DNA of 64,000 bases from Alphaproteobacteria bacterium (lineage in GTDB: Bacteria > Pseudomonadota > Alphaproteobacteria > Rs-D84): assembly GCA_015062495.1 (NCBI GenBank), contig SUUN01000002.1, forward strand, positions 159,210-223,209, in the 5' to 3' direction. Shown piece after piece: positions 58,601-64,000 of this stretch. How positions within the stretch are numbered: the first letter of the stretch is position 1; every line of letters starts with the position of its first letter. The notes beneath the pieces were generated by a model. The model was not told where the DNA came from. It was given only the letters and a program-made list of their open reading frames with translations, and searched no databases. The translations under genes were made by a program, and so were the position numbers.

Positions 58601-61341
<2,741 letters not shown>

Positions 61342-61342
61342 T

Positions 61343-61912
61343 ATGAAATTTAAATTATTATATTTTGGCGATATTTTGATTAATCCAAAAAAACGGGCCC
61401 AGCATATTGCCGACATTCGTATGCAGTTTCATCCACAACTAAAAAAACTGGTTGAACACAGTCCCTGGAACAATTTAACCCAGTACATGGTGCCCAACCC
61501 AACTAAAAGCCCAATTACCACCCGCCACGTCGGTGGAATCGATTGGAATCCAATTATTACACCAAATCTGAAATTGATTGCAGAACTGGACATTCAAATG
61601 TTGCACCCAGAAATCGTTGGTGTACCGCGTTCTGACATCGACAACCGTGTTAAAACGATAATGGACGGCCTGCGTTGCCCCCAGAACGAACATGAAATCG
61701 GCGCGAACACACCACGTGACATTGGGCCAATCTATACACTGCTGGATGACGACCATTTGATTACCAAATTATCTGTTAACACCAGCCACCTGCTGGATTC
61801 AGAAATATTTGCTAATCACGCTGCGCGCACACCAGATTCTGTCTTTATGATGATTGACGTCAACGTCCGCGTCGCCGAAGGCACATTGGAAAACCTGCCA
61901 TTTATGGTGTAA
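61343..61912 (+). CDS. hypothetical protein (189 aa), second gene of coupled pair
   Basis: ORF; no recognisable motif. Confidence 0.45.
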   Translation: MKFKLLYFGDILINPKKRAQHIADIRMQFHPQLKKLVEHSPWNNLTQYMVPNPTKSPITTRHVGGIDWNPIITPNLKLIAELDIQMLHPEIVGVPRSDIDNRVKTIMDGLRCPQNEHEIGANTPRDIGPIYTLLDDDHLITKLSVNTSHLLDSEIFANHAARTPDSVFMMIDVNVRVAEGTLENLPFMV

Positions 61913-62011
61913 CGCTTTTTTAGCGCGCTATTCCTAGCAGTGGGGTAAAAAATAAAGATAATGGTATAGATGCGCTCAAAACCACAACCTCTTGCGGTGG
62001 AAAAAATTAAA

Positions 62012-62097
62012 TAGAATGATTTAGATACGAGATGGGGGTGACAACGTAGTGTACAAAAGTTACATGAGTTGTCGCCCCCGCTCGTAGATGAATTATT
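62012..62097. repeat. hairpin repeat element, type B termini, copy (preceded by partial type-A left end at 61954-61975)
   Basis: tagaatgatttagatacgagatgggggtgacaacgtagtgtacaaaagttacatgagttgtcgcccccgctcgtagatgaattatta. Confidence 0.7.
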
Positions 62098-62108
62098 ATA
62101 TTTAATTT

Positions 62109-63179
62109 TTATGATAATACGCTTGTAATCTGGTCCTGCATCTGAAACGTCCCCAATACAACCCAGGCGATTATTGCAGACACCAACAAAATTCCCAAAC
62201 TGTTTAATGTGCTGGAAATCTTTTCCATTTTGCGCACTGATTCATTCAAATAATCATTTGCAACCTGATTCAGATTTTCATCAAATTCGTTCATATCGGC
62301 ATAAATTGTCAAATCCCCAATAATTTCAGAATCCGGGAAATCACGTCCAGTGTGCGCCAATGCCCGCCCCAGGTTTTCACCATTTGCAATATACTTTAAC
62401 GCGCGTTCTAAAATACTTTTCAGATATCTGTTTGCACTGTCCGCCAGCATTCGCATCGCATCCGGAATTGTAACACCGGCACTGACCATTGCGCCCAAAC
62501 TCATCAACCAACCAACCGACACTTGGATTTTATAAACATTCCACGGCGGTAATTTATCAAACATTGCGCGCAATCGTCCCGACCAGTTTGCCAGACTTAT
62601 CCATACAACCGCAACAACGGACGCAAACACAACCAAGAATATATACCAATATTCAATCGCAAAATCCGACAACCACACCAGTGATCGCGCCGACCCGCGC
62701 CAAACAACATCGTTTCCTGCGATTTCTGCCAACGGTGGCACCAAATACAACCCCACCATAATGATAATACCGAACGTCAACGCCAACAAAAACATTGGAT
62801 ACCCAATCGCAGACGCCATTGCACGTTTTATCCGTTGTGTTCCATCAACAACGCGCCCAACATTTTCCAACGCCACGACCAGGTTTGATAAATTCCCCGA
62901 TGTCACCAACAACGTTTCATTTTCTGGCACCCAACCGCGCGTCGCTTCGGAAAAAGTCATACCGCGTTCCAGATTCTTTTGCCATTCGCGCATCACAATT
63001 GCAAACGGTTCACGCGGTTTTGTACCATTGTGTGATTCAACCATTTCCAATCGTTCCAGCGCATCAATCAATGTAAAATCATTACGCAACAGCGACGCCA
63101 ATTTTCGACAAATTGACATACGCTTTTCCGTATTTAACCGGAACATCATTTTTGCATATAATAATTCCAGTTTATTCAT
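62109..63179 (-). CDS. type II secretion / type IV pilus platform protein (GspF/PilC family)
   Basis: 356 aa; 3 TM segments; GspF-like cytoplasmic domains. Confidence 0.7.
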   Translation of the reverse strand: MNKLELLYAKMMFRLNTEKRMSICRKLASLLRNDFTLIDALERLEMVESHNGTKPREPFAIVMREWQKNLERGMTFSEATRGWVPENETLLVTSGNLSNLVVALENVGRVVDGTQRIKRAMASAIGYPMFLLALTFGIIIMVGLYLVPPLAEIAGNDVVWRGSARSLVWLSDFAIEYWYIFLVVFASVVAVVWISLANWSGRLRAMFDKLPPWNVYKIQVSVGWLMSLGAMVSAGVTIPDAMRMLADSANRYLKSILERALKYIANGENLGRALAHTGRDFPDSEIIGDLTIYADMNEFDENLNQVANDYLNESVRKMEKISSTLNSLGILLVSAIIAWVVLGTFQMQDQITSVLS

Positions 63180-63180
63180 A

Positions 63181-64000
63181 TCAATATGCCCCCGGCTGGT
63201 CTAATTGCCCGACCCAGCGTTCTAATTCATCGACACTGATAATTCCCTGCAACATTAATGACGCGGCGGCCTCTTTCAACGTGCGTCCATCCATATCTTC
63301 CAGCCAGTATCGCATCGCCCCATCTGTATTTCCAGACAATGCCAGGCGCAAAAATTCACTGTTTGTGACAATAATCTCGCCCGCTTTGACGCGTCCAATA
63401 TTTCCCGTACCCTTGCAATGTGCACAGCCAGGCCCCCGCTGATACACCTGGCGCAGACCAATTTCACCATATGCATCCATCACACGCCGATATGCCCCAC
63501 GTTCTGGATGATTTGCCAAAGGCTCGCGACAATGTGGGCAAACCTTTTTGAACAAACGCATCGACACCAACCCCCGCATCAGCGTTTCTTCTTTTAACTT
63601 AAACGGTTCAACACCCAAATCCAGCAAACGTGTTAACGCCGCCATGGCCGAATTTGCATGCAATGTCGTCCAAACATTATGCCCCGACAATGCACCACGC
63701 ACCGTCAGTTCTGCCGCCGCCAACGTACGAATTTCCCCCACCATCAGCGTATCTGGGTCACTGCGCAACGCCGCCGCCAATGCTTCGACATACTTATCTT
63801 CGCGTTGTTCTTCGTTCATAGCATTAACCACCGGCATCTGACGCGCGCCAAAAATCTTTTGTTCAACGGGGTTTTCCACCGTAATCATATTGATTTCATA
63901 ATTACGTTCTTTCAGCATCAACGACATATTCCGCACCAACGTCGTCGATTTACCTGAACTGGTTGGCCCCGCCACAATAACCAACCCTGTTGGAAACGAA
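63181..64000 (-). CDS. GspE/PilB-family secretion ATPase, C-terminal part (N-terminus beyond window end)
   Basis: Walker A GPTSSGKSTTL, Asp box, His box, tetracysteine CPHC...CAHC; ORF open to window edge. Confidence 0.8.
   Translation of the reverse strand, partial: SFPTGLVIVAGPTSSGKSTTLVRNMSLMLKERNYEINMITVENPVEQKIFGARQMPVVNAMNEEQREDKYVEALAAALRSDPDTLMVGEIRTLAAAELTVRGALSGHNVWTTLHANSAMAALTRLLDLGVEPFKLKEETLMRGLVSMRLFKKVCPHCREPLANHPERGAYRRVMDAYGEIGLRQVYQRGPGCAHCKGTGNIGRVKAGEIIVTNSEFLRLALSGNTDGAMRYWLEDMDGRTLKEAAASLMLQGIISVDELERWVGQLDQPGAY

Overview
The window looks like an AT-rich, housekeeping-dense stretch of a proteobacterial chromosome, most likely a reduced or rearranged alphaproteobacterium; that identification is an inference from gene content.

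Housekeeping genes called from motifs in the translations: partial mutL, greA, xerC/D-type recombinase, trxB, serS, tatA, a SPOR-domain protein, thrS, yebC, ruvA, mnmE, an acyl-CoA synthetase, xthA, an AddB-like nuclease, engB, rsmI, lpoA-like, secB, mltA, ruvC, lolD and a lolC/E permease, carD, ftsQ, ftsA, rpe, tsaE, uvrB, an AsmA-family protein, aspS, lptB, an lptC-like gene, ung, gyrB, and gspF/gspE-like genes at the right edge.

Six tRNA genes, all on the minus strand, were folded by hand: Tyr-GTA, Gly-TCC, Glu-CTC, Gln-TTG, Thr-GGT and Met-CAT.

The most interesting locus is a ~4.7 kb islet at 49192-53950. It is bounded on one side by a complete tRNA-Met and on the other by a 42-nt direct repeat of that tRNA's 3' half, the classic tRNA integration scar. 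It is strongly AT-rich with foreign codon usage (AGA/AGG/ATA) and carries no integrase. Its cargo is a two-gene cassette: an ABC/OLD-type ATPase (Walker A GPNGTGKST, DEPENHLHP motif) translationally coupled to a small Cys-rich Zn-ribbon protein with a putative PD-(D/E)xK-like core. This is a candidate, possibly undescribed, anti-phage defense pair. A perfect 10-bp inverted repeat sits in its promoter region. The islet also holds a lipoprotein/secreted-protein pair and two tiny helical ORFs.

Other notable structure:
- A family of ~90-100 bp hairpin (MITE/REP-like) elements in two terminus types, with a conserved 23-nt core and compensatory stem changes.
- Two families of short repeats that abut the 3' ends of tRNA genes, each followed in two cases by a small YhbQ-like GIY-YIG gene.
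- An in-frame FtsA-Rpe read-through with no stop codon between the two genes.
- A pair of paralogous secreted CC-x-CC cysteine-rich proteins.
- An LPS/LOS-related cluster: two GT8 paralogs, a kinase-like gene, PagL, and lptB plus an lptC-like gene.
- A stereotyped bidirectional terminator motif, AAAAATCCCGC-N-GCGGGATTTTT.

No CRISPR array, rRNA gene or IS transposase was seen.
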